Below are positions 1 through 13,800 of a stretch of 64,000 bases of DNA, one piece after another. The position numbers and the translations under genes were made by a program. The first letter of the stretch is position 1; the number at the start of each line of letters is the position of its first letter. Origin of the DNA: Anthoceros angustus (lineage: Eukaryota; Plantae; Anthocerotophyta); the NCBI GenBank assembly GCA_010909165.1, contig VJWM01000044.1, positions 744,001-808,000 on the forward strand. Direction: 5' to 3'. Under the pieces are notes generated by a model. It worked only from the letters and a program-made list of their open reading frames with translations, did not search any database and was not told where the DNA came from.

Positions 1-942
1 CTAGCAGGAGACCATTATCGGTCAGGTGTGCTACGCTCCTGACCTTAGTCTTTCTGCTGTCTCTTTTAGTGAGGGAGGTCTTTGAGCGTAAGCTCACCTT
101 CACTATGTCGTCTTCTTGAGCCGGCCAGCGCCCGGCCTGCAGGGACCACCTCGGTCATTTTGCGAGAAGAGCAGTGTCCCAGACTAAGACAACTGCCTCA
201 CGTTCTGTGTTGGCAGCTGCGGCGGCTGCTGTTGAAAGCTCAGAGGCTCCTAGGAGATGCGGACGCCCTAGGGGAACGACCAACGCCGTCCTTAGGGCGA
301 GGAGGGAGGCACAAACCGCCAACATGGACGGTCCTTCAAGACAGGCACCTGCTGCCGAGCAAGATGAGGGCGCAGCCAAAACTGCTGCTGGTGCTAGCAG
401 AAGGTTCGTTACTCATGATTTCGCCTATTTTAATGAAGAGTCCTCGCCTCCAATCCCTTTCAAGTTCCCAGAGCCTACAAACGAGTATGAAGAAACACAG
501 ATTGTGAGCTGTGGAATGGTGAGGCACCCGAGCACGCCTGTCTGGTACAGGTGCCATGACACTAGCAGGCTTCTGATGAAGCGCCACGCAGTTCACTGCT
601 GCAGGACGTATAAGGGGCACGTCCTGAGCGTGTACAGTAAGGGTCTGCTTCCTTGATTTCTTTGAATATGTCTCAGCATATGCCCTGGTCTATCTTTTCT
701 AAATTGCTCTCACTGGTCGTCCACAGGGTCCACCATTAGGCTAGAAGATGAGAGAATCTCCTATGAGGAGAGAAAGAAAAAGAATTCTCCTTGCTCGAAC
801 GAAAGCTTTTCTTCACCAACTGAGCCTGATTCCGAGAATCCTGTAGAGGAGAGTAGCTCGGAGTCCATCTCCTGAAGGTCTGGAGACAAGAGGTCATATA
901 GCTATCAGTCTGACTACTACAGCCACTCTAGCTACTAGCCAA

Positions 943-1312
943 CTAGGGCTTCTTAGTGCGGCTGAGGAAGTCCTCTGACTTCCCCATGCCAAGACTTTGG
1001 GCATGTTTGTTATGCAGCTTCCTTGAAAGAGCTTTCGTCAACACATCTGCTGGGTTGTCTTGTGTTGCCACATATTCGAGAGCAATCGATCCTGCCTTCA
1101 CTAAATCTCTTATGTAGTGATACTCCACCTCCACATGCTTTGTGCGTGAGTGGAATACAGGGTTCTTGGCCAAGGCAATTGATCCTTGGTTATCTGTATG
1201 TATTGTTGTATAGGAAGGCAATGGTATCCCAAGCTCCTCAAATAGCAACTTACACCAGACGATCTCCTTTGCAGCAGCAGTGAGTACTCTGTACTCAGCT
1301 TCAGTACTGGAG
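943..1312 (-). mobile_element. Ty1/Copia pol C-terminal RNase H remnant (5'-truncated)
   Basis: Translation STEAEY...IHTDNQGSIALAKNPVFHSRTKHVEVEYHYIRD...QDNPADVLTKAL matches the Copia RNase HI motifs; no RT domain upstream of STEAEY. Confidence 0.93.
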
Positions 1313-1699
1313 GGACGCGCCAGGATCATGAGCTCCGGCCGACAACGAGGTATGCTCCCCGGACCCCGTAGTGGGTCAGGACGGCCTAGGTGAAGGTAGT
1401 CTAGTGAGGAGTGGGGAGCCGGAGCGAAGAGAGCTTAACAACATAAAAATAGCTAGTATTGGAGTGAGAATTTTTCGAGGAAGTGCGTTTGCATTTGAGT
1501 TTTGAGAATTGGGTATGTGGAAAGAAGGAATATTTGATGAAGAACAAGAATTAGCTGGAATATGAAGAAATGAAAAGGACACAAACACTTGACAGACACT
1601 TAGAAAAAGAAAAGCATAAGGAAGAAAAGAACGTGGTATACGCATACGATCAACAAAAATATATGTTCTTCACATGTTATTCAATGCAGTCTATTTGCC

Positions 1700-2745
1700 A
1701 CACAATAATCCATTGTCCTGTTGTCCACCAGGCAGTGATACTGCACCTTGGGGCCATGCTTGGCTGCATCCCACTTGGGGATCCTGCCTAACCGTGCATA
1801 CACATCCAACTTCCAATCCACGTCACACTTCAAACCCTTCGACCTCCGAGACAACAACTCATTTATGATGTAACGCACATGGTCCATGAAGGTAAATGTC
1901 TTCCTAGCATCTGCTATGGTGTTGTATGTGGTCCCTGGCTATGATCCTCATCTCTTCCTCAGTGAGTCCAGCGAGCACATATGCATCCATCCACTTGTAC
2001 TCTTCCACCAGTGGGTACAGATGAGACAGCCGGGACCTTGCCTGGAAGGAATGGTTTTCCCCCAAGACGAAAAAAATGTAATCCCCCTTGTCCACTTCTC
2101 AACATCAAAATTCTCTTTGATAGCATATTGTGACGGATCGACAACCACAACCATGGGCAACACACCAGCCACCCGGGGACCATGCTTCAGCTTTTGCATC
2201 AAAGACTAGAGTCTACCCATGCAAGATCCAACTTTCTCACCCTGGCTGCCTGACACAATTCCTCGGGGGGTCTGCAATACTTGATTGGCAGCTTTAGAGT
2301 AGACTCCCACACTCTCTTTATTGTTGTACCGTCCCTTCCCACGTCCCGGCTTGCATCTTCTTTGATGGCAGCAAGCCTATCATTGTCAGTAGCGACCGCG
2401 CTATCCTTGGAATCTCCACAAACTTGGGAAGCGGTTCATCCTCCTCCTCCGACTCTTCGCTCACAATTGCAATTGCAGGCTTCTCCTGTTTTGCCCTTGC
2501 CTTCTTGGCATTGCCACTATTGCGGGCCTACGCCTTCTCCTCGTTTGGTTTGCCATTTGCAGCTCCTCCCCTCTTTCACCCCTTTGATGCCCTCTCCACG
2601 GGCGGCGACTCTGCCTGCACTCTCCTGCGATCCAACACAACCCCTGAAGACCACTGTGAACAATCGTGTAGTGGGGATAGGACCTCGAGGTCATGTTCAT
2701 CATTGTTAGTCTCCTTCAAAGCTTCTGAGCCATCTTCAGCGTCTT
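1700..2745 (-). pseudogene. Degenerate ORF with ParB/Sulfiredoxin-like domain, probably TE-borne
   Basis: Joining frames across about 3 shifts gives KLPIKYCRPP..RVRKLDLAWVDS/LMQKL..GVLPMVVVVDP../FFVLGENHSFQARSRL..AYVLAGLTEEEMRIIARDH/..RKTFTFMDHVRYI, the spacing of a ParB N-terminal domain. The upstream part is charged/low-complexity with stops. Confidence 0.55.
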
Positions 2746-5271
2746 GATCATCTTGTGGGCAAGTCCGCTCACCGGAGCTAGCTATAGGGATAGACCGAGC
2801 GGAGCCCGAAGACCTGCTCCGGCAGACTCAGGACGCCGGGGTAGCTCCGGACCTCCCTCCGTTAGGACCGAAGGGTGGGGGGCTTGCCAGAAGACAGGGG
2901 GAGAATCCCCAAAATCCGGTGATGCTGTCAGCAAAGGCGGAGGAGGATGATTTTCCTTTTGGGGTTGATCTCGTATTGTTGCACTGAATTCTGCTGAGCG
3001 GAGTTTGAATGCGTTGCCCGAGTCATCGAGCGGGTAGACTACCCCGGAGAGGATCATTCTGTGATGACGAGCCCTAACATGTGGTGGTGGTTGCAGGTAC
3101 CGAGGAACCTCAACCCCTGCTCCTCGCGAGCAGGATGGAGAGGTTAAGTGTGCCAGAGCAGTTGCTGGCGACAAGACAGGTAAGCTAGCGTAAAGAGCCC
3201 GGACTGGCCTGGCTTGTGTAGATGTGACTGTGGATTCATTGCGGCATTCTTGCCGCACCGGAGCGTGAAGACATACAGTAGACGGACCACAGAGAGGCGA
3301 GAACGAATGAAGAGTGAAGAACGGGGGAGGTGTGGCATGGGTTAGCGGTGGCTAGCTAAGGGACATGGACGAGTCCTTAAACGTCTGGGAGTACCGGACC
3401 TCGCTGGTAGAACTTGTTATGGAACTCGATAGGAATGAGAGGGAAGAGGTGCGTAGTAGAAGATTCGGGTAGGGGTACGGACTGACCAGAAGCTATAACC
3501 TTAGACGGTTAGTGCTGCGAAGAGTGACCCATAAGGCGGTCAGGTTCATTAAGGGTCGGGTTGTCCTCCAGGTATTTCTTCTGGTATAAGGCGAGATTAG
3601 CCGCACGGGTTCACCTGCGGACCCTGGCCGCTGGCCCGCCTGGTGATGGACCCAGGCGTCATTGTGCCATTTGAGATAGCGTCGCGAGTAGAGCTCCGTA
3701 GGCTGGGGTCTGCTGAATACTCCGACGCCGGAGTTCGAGGTCAAGTGGCTGGGGTAAGTTTGTTAATATCAGTACGAACCGGACGGAAACTCCCCAAAGT
3801 AGTTAGAACTAATAGGGTGACGGTGCGGCACGATACATTCCTTTGGGATCAAATCACATACTACACGATACAGACGTGTTATGCTTGGTGGTCAGCAATC
3901 GTCCCAATGGCTTTCTCCTCTATGGTCCGTGAACAACCTTCATTTTGTAACCCTTGTTCCACCAACCTTTCCAAGAGTCTTCCAACCTGATTGTCCAAGC
4001 CCTGAAACTTTTGGGCCACATAACTATGCATTTCTTCCCTCTGTGCATGAATAAGCTCGAGAATAACCTTCTTGTAGCCTTCCAAACTAGGTAATAGATC
4101 GGCCTTCGACAACCAACCCACACAAGAAACAGGAATTTGCATTGACTTGCAAAAGCAATGAATCAAACCAAGACCTAGAAAGACGCCTCAAAATCTTAAG
4201 CCCATGAGCTTGCCGAATCAAGATCATGTTGCAATTTTCTAGTGATAACATCCTGACGATCAAATCTCTTATCTGTAAGATCATCCATAACGGAATTGAC
4301 CTCATCCTCCTGGCTCTTCTCATCCCCCTCGTCCTCCTAGTCCCATGCCAAAGATGGATGCTTAGCCAAAAGAGACTCATATTTTTCCCTTATGGAAATT
4401 TTCTCCGCCTAAATATTATGTACTCTAATTACCAATACAGATACCCTGTTGTCTTCATATTTATCCTCAATACTACGTAATCTGGTCTCCAACATTGATA
4501 CCCTACTGTCTGTTTTACGCTTGCCAGTTATCACCCTGACTAGCCTGCCAGTTATCACGCTGGCTCTCTGTGGTTTTGCCGCAACCTTGTACTAGATTTT
4601 CCCCGGGTTGATGCCAGTTGGTAGGATCGGGAGATAAGCAACCGTGTTTCTACAATTTTCCCTAGGTTGGAGCCCCGTTTTGCATACTGCAACGCCTACA
4701 TTGGGGTGCCCATGCATTGTGCCTTATGGCAAGCGATGCTTGTAGCTTTTTTGTTTTCTTAGAGAGGATGTACAGTCACTGTATCAATTGGTCTGTCCAT
4801 CTCGACACTCAATTTAAATTTTGAGTGTGATAATCATGAGATGTTATGTCCATAAGGCAAGAAACTTGGAAAGTTGCATAGCCGATTGTGGGGGCAATAT
4901 TGGCTAGGGTCGATTCATGAGATGGATCGTTGGAAAGAAAATAGCAAGAAAGGGGTGGTAATTATTTAGAAAAATGATCAAATAGAATGCCTTATTTTTT
5001 TAACCAAAATAGTAAAAGCCTTGTACATGGGGCAGTCTTGGAGTGGGCGTTTTGGGATAATCCCTTACTCTCATTTATTAGGGTATTTATTTTCCTTCCA
5101 CCATTGCAGGTCCAATCATATCACTTTCTCATTCATCTGTCGTTGTTTTTTAGTTTATTGATTATCGTTGTTGTTTTTTCTTAATTTTTTTGATGTCAAC
5201 TGTTGTTCTTCAGGTCCTGATTTTTCTTTCACAACTGTAGCTTCGACTACTTTTATTTTTTCCTCCTGATC

Positions 5272-5950
5272 TGTCACTACCTCTTCATCAGCTTTTAAAT
5301 CAATCCAAGTTGAGTTTTCTCCTTGTGAGCTAGTCACTACCTCTTCATTGGGTTCTAAATCATTTGAGTCTCCTCCTTGTGAGCTTATCACTACCTCTTG
5401 GTTGGGTTCTAAAGCACTACTTGAGTCTCCTCCTTGTGAGCTCGTTTTGACCTCTTCATTCAGTTCTAAATTACTACTTGAGTTTTCTCCTTGTGAGCTC
5501 ATTTCCACCTCTTCATTCACTTCTAAATCACTACTTGAGTTTTCTCCTTGTGAGCTCATTTCCACCTCTTCATTCAGTTCTAAATCATTGCTTGAGCTTT
5601 CTCCTTGTGAGCTCATTTCCACCTCTTCATTCGGATCTAAATCACCGCTTGAGTCTCCTCCTCTTGAGTTTTCCCCTTGTGAGCTCATTTCCGCCTCTTC
5701 ATTCAGTTCTAAATCACTACTTGAGTTTTCTCCTTGTGAGCTCGTTCCCACCTCTTCATTCGGACCTAAATCACTACTTGAGTCTCCTCCTTGTGAGCTC
5801 GTCATTACCTTTTCATTGACTTCTAAATCAATCCAAGCTAAGTCTCTTCCTTGTGAGCTCATCACTACCTCTTCTTTGGGTTCTAAATCAATCCTTGAGT
5901 TTTCTCCTTGTGAGCTCATCACTACCTCTTCATTGGGCTCTGCGTCAATT
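5272..5950 (-). repeat. ~57-bp tandem repeat, ~11 units, inside an open 321-aa ORF (5155-6120)
   Basis: Recurrent ccttgtgagct..acctcttcatt...tctaaatc; translates to 19-aa units SSQGENSSSDLELNEEVEM. Confidence 0.9.
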
Positions 5951-8900
5951 CTTGAGTCTACTCCTTCTGCTTTGTATGTAGAGTCATCAATGTTAAATTG
6001 GAGACTATCAATATGACTAAGTTCATCTTTCAATTCACTTGCACCTGCTTCAGGTATCTCGATTGGCCTTCCATTAAACCCTTGAGGTGGATAGCCTCTA
6101 ACATCCTCGTGAAGCTGCATTCATAAACATTAGGAAATTCATTGACTAAGACTCATTTCACATTTGGAACTTACAAATAAAAAAGAAAGATTTTGATTCT
6201 ATTTGTATCTAAGGCTCCTGCTTTAACAATATATTTACTCCATCACTTTGTAGGTATTAATAGACAAGTCTCAATCAACTAAAATTCAATCATTTAAGGA
6301 AAGTCAAACACATTAGCCCACTCTCGTCCTTCCGCGTGGTAACTCCAATATGCCATATCAAATGGGAAGAGATTAGGATCATCAAGTATATGTTTTGGTT
6401 GGACGAATGAGTCTTTAGATTGGTTTTTTGAATCGCTAGACATAGAGTTCTCGTGGTCAAGCTTGTCCTTGATTTCCTCATTGACCACGAGCTTGTCCTT
6501 GCTTTTCTCCTTCATCGCATCTTCCCGTTCTTGCTTGGCATTTTTGTCCTCTTTCTCATTTAAGAAGGATGATGACAACACGGGATTGACTTGTCTTTTC
6601 TTATTGTACTTGTCTTGAGTATTCACCTTCTTACTTTCATCTTCCATCTTTCAACCACTATTGTCCTCCAATCTATGAATTAGCTAGGAGGTTGTTCTTC
6701 TAGTTTTGATATTGCAGAAATATTCGGGTTCTTTATCCTCCTTGGGGCTATAAGGATTACTCAACTTGTTGCAAGACGAGGACAATAGCATATATATAGC
6801 TGCTTTAACTTTGGACAACAAAGTTTCTTATATCACTTTAATTACTTAAGGAGAAAGCCTAAGGGTGGATTTCTAAGCGGTTCTAGATTTTGTTGAATGG
6901 AAGTGCCATTGGGTTTCTATGATACCTAGTGTTTCAAATACCATTAGATGTATTTTTATTTAATTATTATAATTAAAAAATCAATGAATAGAAGAAGAAG
7001 TGGACATCACTTGGTGTTTTAAATACTCTTTTGATGTATTTTTATTTTATAATGGGTTTTTATAATGCTCGATGTTTCAAATACCCTTTTCATGTATTTA
7101 AAAATCAACTGGTGCCATTGGATTTCTATAATGCATGCAAGTTCCGATCACCACTTGATTGCACTCAAAGATTCTCAACTCTTCATCTCTCCCCGTTTTG
7201 GAAGGGCAAGTTTGAGTCACCTCTTAAGTGCACTCAAAGATTATCTTCTCTTTAGCTCTCCTCGTCTTGCAAGGTCACCATTGTTTTACAAGGTCACCGT
7301 TTCTGTGCATTTCTAGGCATTCAACTCTTCATCTCTTTTGTTTCATTGCGGTTATGTGCATTTCTAGGCATTTAACTCTTCGTCTATTTTTTTTCATTGC
7401 GATTAGGGAGCCAACTTGATAGTGCAAGCTTGGAGCATCAATCTATCCTTGGAGTATAGCATTTAATTGGATCATGATTTATGTGAGTCGTGGAGTATAG
7501 CATTTATTGGATCAAGGTCTAAGCGAGTTTGGAGCATTCTCCAAGCTCGCACCATCAAGCTATCTCTTGAGTTATATAGCATTTAATTGGTTGATGGTCT
7601 ATGGGAGTTTATCATGAAATTTACTCATAAACTTTTAGGATTTTTTGGAACTTCTCTTAACCAAGGTGAAGTGTACATTGCAGTGATTGGAGCTTTAGTA
7701 CAAGTTGCCCTTGTCAAGTCCTAAGTTGTCCTCCTGGAAAATAATTGTTAGCCATATAAGATCACCCTATATCTTAGGTTAGTATAGTTTTCGTTCCTTT
7801 TAGCCCTCATAACTATTCTCATGTATACGTGTTCTATGTGTTTTTTTTTTAAAGTGATGTAATACAATTTGTGCATGCATTGTGCATAATCTCACATTTG
7901 TAATTAATTAACATGTCCAAGCATTTCGGACAGTCCAATTGGATGATGTATTGCAGCGATGTACTTGAGCTGATGAAGGTCCACTGAGGGTTGGAATGGG
8001 AATGTCCGCCATAGAAATTGTCAATAGCAAAATAGCATAGCTATAGTGCAAGACTCTAATGTAGTGATGCGTAGCTCTAAAACATTGAGATCCTAAAGTT
8101 ACAATATTCCCTATAACCAAGGAAATACGGGTCACCCATATTTTGAAGGAAATATAGGTCACCTATATTTTGAAGGAAATAAGGCTCACCCATATTTTGA
8201 ACCCCCATCGAATTATTTCAAGACACAGGTGAAAACAATGGCAAACACCGGCCTTAGTTGTTTTGTGAGGACAAGTCGTTATGAGGGTTATTCATTAACC
8301 TTGTGTTATGTGTCTAAATCAAGGTGAGCGGGATCATGGAAATCCTCCCTGAGACGAAAGCATAAGTGTATAGCTGCTTTGTCCTTGGACCCTGAAGTTT
8401 CTCAAAGAAAATTAATTAACTAACGAGAAAGCTTCATAGACCACGGTCCACATGCTCTCACATTAATAAATTAATTTAGTTTCAAAAATTTATAATTGAA
8501 TTGCTTTTACACATGCATCACCACTATTGCTAAAACTACACATAAAACTACAATAATGATTGTACCAACCACCACAAAAACATAGCACACTGTAGTTTCA
8601 ATATGTCTGACACACGCAATTGCTTCAACAACACACAACACAATAGTCAAAGTTTTTAAGAAAAAAAATCTGATTGACGCATAAATATAGGAAATACGGT
8701 GGAACGTCCTAGAGATGTTTAGGAACTAGCACAATAGTCAAAGTCCATTATATACTATATTGCTTTAACCACATGCACACAATGAACTCAACTTAGGGTT
8801 TTGCCACGCACTACTACAGTAAGAGAAGTTGCTAACATTCATACATTTGCTAACACACATACATTTGAGGTTTGCCACATACGACTACAACAAGAGAAGA

Positions 8901-10884
8901 CGCTAACATACATACGTTTGAGTTGCATTTCAACATTCACCAACCACACATTAGACCATTGTTCTGCTTTCATGAACATAGTCATTGCTTTCATTCATAA
9001 CTGCAATGGAAGACCAACTTTAAAACTAAAATGGTGGCAGCTTTCAAACTTCTAAGCTTTGTAGTTGGTGCCCCCATGCTCCTCCTTGTTTTGTGCTCTT
9101 ACTTCATTTTCAAGTAGCTATGATATAGGTGAAATGATAGTACACATCTTAATTATCCTAAATACTTATTTAGTTTATAATAGAATATGATTGATTAATT
9201 GACCTAATTAATTATATTTAATTGGTCAATTAAGTAGTTAACGAAACATTGATGTCGTTTTGCTATGGGACACATTCACACAACAGCACATGACTTAAGT
9301 TTCCGAGGAAACAATGTTGTTGTAGTTGAATTTAAAGAATCAACACACTTGTCAATACCTCGTTTTGTGACAAGTGTAATATTTAAAGTTAAATGAAAGA
9401 ACTTTAAATTTTCTTCCGCTTCATCATCTTCATTGCTTCCGGACATAAACCAGACATTCGTCATGAGCATAATCATGTGATGAGAGAATTTGGAAATATG
9501 AAGAAACAACACAGAGAGAATATTATACTTGAGATAATAGACTCAATTCAATACTCTCAGGTTCTAAGTATAATGTTTTTCTTTAATGGTGATTTCAAAG
9601 ACCTATATTTATAAGTAGACTTGATTTTTCCTCATGTTGATATATACATTGGACAAAAGAAAAGAAGATGTTCCTTATAATTTATACTATGCATCTTAAT
9701 ATCCTTATGATAAAAAATGAATATATTTTTCCCAGTCTATATCCGTGTTGAGACGACTGGGAAAAATGCTTCATAAGAAGGTGACATATTCAGACAATGT
9801 ATCATGATGATTAAAAAAGAGTATAGGGATGAAAAGATGAATTATACATACAAAGTCAACTTATGTGCGAAAATGATAGGGTTTTCTTCTCTCCATCTCC
9901 ATTGCGCCATATAAACGAAGTTTGAATGTTTGGCTAAGATAACTCTTATAGAGCCAAAATTTATACCTAGATGATTAGGAAAGTCTACAACTATCAAATA
10001 TCTCATATAAGTAGGATACATATGATCAAAGTCGAAAATCTTAATGAACGAGAAATCTCTAAGATACATATTAATAATACTGATACTCACAAGAAGATAC
10101 CTTATATCATCTCACACAAGAGACCTCACAGTAATGACTCTAAGTTACTTAGAGAGAGTGAAAATACAACTATTTTATAACCATCCAAGGCATGCCATGA
10201 GAATCTTTGGAGACTACTTAAATCTATATTAATCGTAAGTATTGAAGTAATTAACCCCCACACCTAGTGAAGTTTTAAGCTCAACGTCTAAAAGAGGTTG
10301 TTATGGAGTTGCAAATTAATATGAAGTTTATGGAGTTGCAAATTAAGCAAAGCCTTACCGTCATCTAGCCCAAGAAACATGTCAGACTCATTCAAGTTGC
10401 TCTCTCCAAGGGCTCTGAACTTTCTGCAGACAAGGCAGGGCCCAACCTCAGTGGCCAAAATGCTTTATATATTGTATCAATGGGGTTTTACAAGTTTGAA
10501 GAGAATTTACAGAAAGAGATTCAGATGACGTTGAATGATGTGGCGCTCCCACAAAGGGTTCTCAAGCTCCGTCCTACTTTGGCTACAAAAATTGGCTGAA
10601 ATAACGCGTCAGGTTGGAATACCAGACTGACAAAAAGCTATGGGAAATTCTGCTATCAAGTAGGTACTCCCAACAAAATTACCAGAAAGTGGTCCCATTG
10701 CTTCTGCACTTGTAATCTTCAAAAGTTTGTCAGCAGGAACAGAGACCCACAGCTGACCAAGGGCACCCTAAGTCCTCGCCTCATACCATCATAACTTGCA
10801 GGATTACATGAACGAGAGACTCACTTTATCCTGCAGCAGATGTCACGTGCCCACAATCTCTGGGTAAGTCCCTGAAAAGACAAT

Positions 10885-13800
10885 TTACATGGAGGGTGAG
10901 GCCGATCCTGACCTCCAGGACTGCTCACTGGTTGTTTGGGTGTTATCATATGAGGTATTGTTCTCAGCTTCTGGCTCCGATGCGTAGTCCACCACAGCGT
11001 TGGAATCATCCACCTTAATATAACCCGAAGTGTCCAACTCCGTTGCGGAATCCCGGAGCACTGAAAAACTTCTCTCGCCACTCATACGCTCAGCCGGACC
11101 TCCTGCTCTGGGTGTCAAGCTGCTGGTAACACTTGGTGACAGCACCTCAGCAGGCTCTGCCACAAGCAAACCAGGTTTCCGCTCTCCCAGCATCCACTGA
11201 TCACATGATCAAAGGCAACGTTCAAACACAGGAACCCATCCGACTACAGTTTGACGGGCTACCTGTTATACTCACGTGGAACCTCTCTTACCGGATGCAA
11301 AACCAACCTCTCCGTGCTTGCTCCCGGACTGTTTTGACCAGCTGGAGCAGAATCAGGCAGGAGCTGCTCTGGTGGCGTGGATGATGCCGGCAGCTGAGAC
11401 CCATGTGCTGCACCCCCTTGATAGAGATGCATACTCCCCAGCGCTGATGGACCTTGAGGTACTGGCTGGAAACTGTGTCTCAGCCTGCTGAAGTTGAATG
11501 GCTGCTGAGGTGCAGACCTTTCGGAGCCAGAAGTGGAAACCTCTGTCTGGGTGAGGGTAGAGACTCCAGAGTACCCATACATCATATCTTGCTGTGTATG
11601 ATTGTCTCGAGGGTCACTGGATCGGCCAAGCGGAGGGGAAGGTGTACTTGCCATTCTCTGCTCATACATTTCTCCGCTAGTTGCTGTGAAAGAAAGTACG
11701 CCACATGAAAATCAGACCAGTTGAGCTCAAGCGTAAAACTCCAGACCGACATTGCAAAAATCTCGTGTGATGAAATCAAGCTCCCACGAGAGATGTTCAA
11801 CACATAAAACTTCTACAACTTGTATAGCGGCTTGGGAGCTATAAAGGAGTAAGCTACTAAAATGCGATGGTGCGGCCACTATCAGCCGCTGTAAGTCGCT
11901 ATAGTTCAGCCAGTGACAGGCAGGTGAATCTAAAATCTACATCTTTGAGCCAGAGACTCCCTAAACCTGAAAGCACTTTGGAAATCCAAATGCAGCGGGA
12001 AAAGCCCTGAAAAGACTTTAGTAACAAGAAGCGAGTCATACGTTTTTGAAAAGGTTCACCTACACTAACCTGAACCTGCACTTGGAGAGGTCGACAGCGT
12101 GCCTTGCATCATCCCTCCCCCTGGTGGAGAATGCTGTAAGCTGCCAATGTTGTCGCACTCCAAAGCAGCAGCCGATTGTTCTTGCCCCTCATTAACTGTG
12201 CTTGTGTGAGCTCCCATACCATATTGATCCACTGCGTTGCACATGAGCTGCACACCTTGTCCTGCATTCAGGTTGAGCGTCCTTTGGTCGTAGGGGCTGA
12301 TGCCTAAACCTGCAAGATCTGATCCCCCCGTCTCCAGAGCAGGGTTCGCTCTTCCCATGTTGTAACTCGATGGGGCCATGTTGCTAAAAGCTGACGACGG
12401 TGAATTTGGAAGTGCTGCCCCTACCCTTGCAGACTGCAGCACGCTTGCCGCAAACAGATCCTCCGGAGTTGCTTGGACCATCCTGGACAGGTTGCTAGTG
12501 CCAGACGCTTCAATCTGGCTACTCGCTGTTGCACTTGTGCCACCCATTAGATAGTTACCAAGGTTCCATGATCCACTGTTTTGCAACGACCCGGGATGCA
12601 AGGTACTGTAGCTAGTCCCTGGAAAAATTGTCCTAGAACTTTGATATTGGAGTGCTTGATTGTATCGCAGAGTAGCTTGGTCCAAAAGCAGAGGAGAAGG
12701 ACCTTGCATTTTGGCCAAGGGATTCAAGTTTTGCCTGACACAATGCACAAAGATATGAGCAATCGGTCAGCACAAGCCACGAGCACTCGGGCAACACACC
12801 CCAACGATTGTCCAGTAAATAAAAAGGGAGAGGGACAAGAACAAGGAGGTGGAACTCACATGGGGAGGCCTGTCAAGCCCCCTGGCAAACCCTGTAGCCC
12901 TTGCTGCTTAAGCACCAGCTTTTGCGCATTATCCAATTGTTCCCGCTCCCTCTCTGCATTGAACAAAACTTGCGATTATGCAGGCTCGTCTATGCAGGCC
13001 ACTCTTCGGGTCGACAATAAAGCTATAACGGTCTAGCAGTTCACCTTGGCGATGCCGGTTCATGTGTCCTCCCAGAGCTTGCGATTTATCGAAACTTTGA
13101 GAACAAAATCGGCACGCATAAGGCTTAGCAGGTGTTTCTTCAGCCTCGGGCTTCCGCTTCCTCCTTTCTGCAAAACAGATGGGCTCAACAACGAAACCGA
13201 ACACCCGACACCCAACAGACGTTCACCAATCATCACAAACCTCAAATCAGCAGACTTTCCAGCTCACAGAAGTGAGTTGGACACTCCAAGGCAGAAGGTG
13301 CGAAGCAGAAGGTGCGAAGGGCATACCTGGTTTATCCCCCGTTGATGCACTATTTGGGCTCGCAGAATCCGGCTGCGAGCCAGATCCGTGATTTCTCCAT
13401 GAACTGGGATCGGCAACGTCGGGAACGTCGGCTCCGACCTGCGGCACGCCGGAGAGCTGAAGCTGTTGTTGCTGTTGGTGGAGAGACTGTGCCCCTCCGG
13501 AGCTACCGTACACTGCAGCAGCAACAGCACCGGCACCGGCACCCGCAGCGGCTGCAGCACCTTCACCATGCTGCTGCAATTGGGAGAAGGAAGAAGAGGA
13601 GTTCCTGTGGTGGCCGACGTGGGATATCGATGTATCGAATCCCCGGAAAGGATAGGACACCTGGTTCTGCCTCGGCTGAAATAGCGGGTTCTGGTTGAAG
13701 CTCGTGGTTCTGTGAGACGCTTGAAGCCCGGGGTACAAGAGGTTGGCATAGCCAGCAGCCCCCTGAAGATTGCTGCTATCTGTCTGCTGCGCCTCAAACC

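Noticed and set aside
5272-5950. CRISPR-like array
   Set aside because: Units are contiguous homologous repeats with no unique spacers; no cas genes; eukaryotic context.
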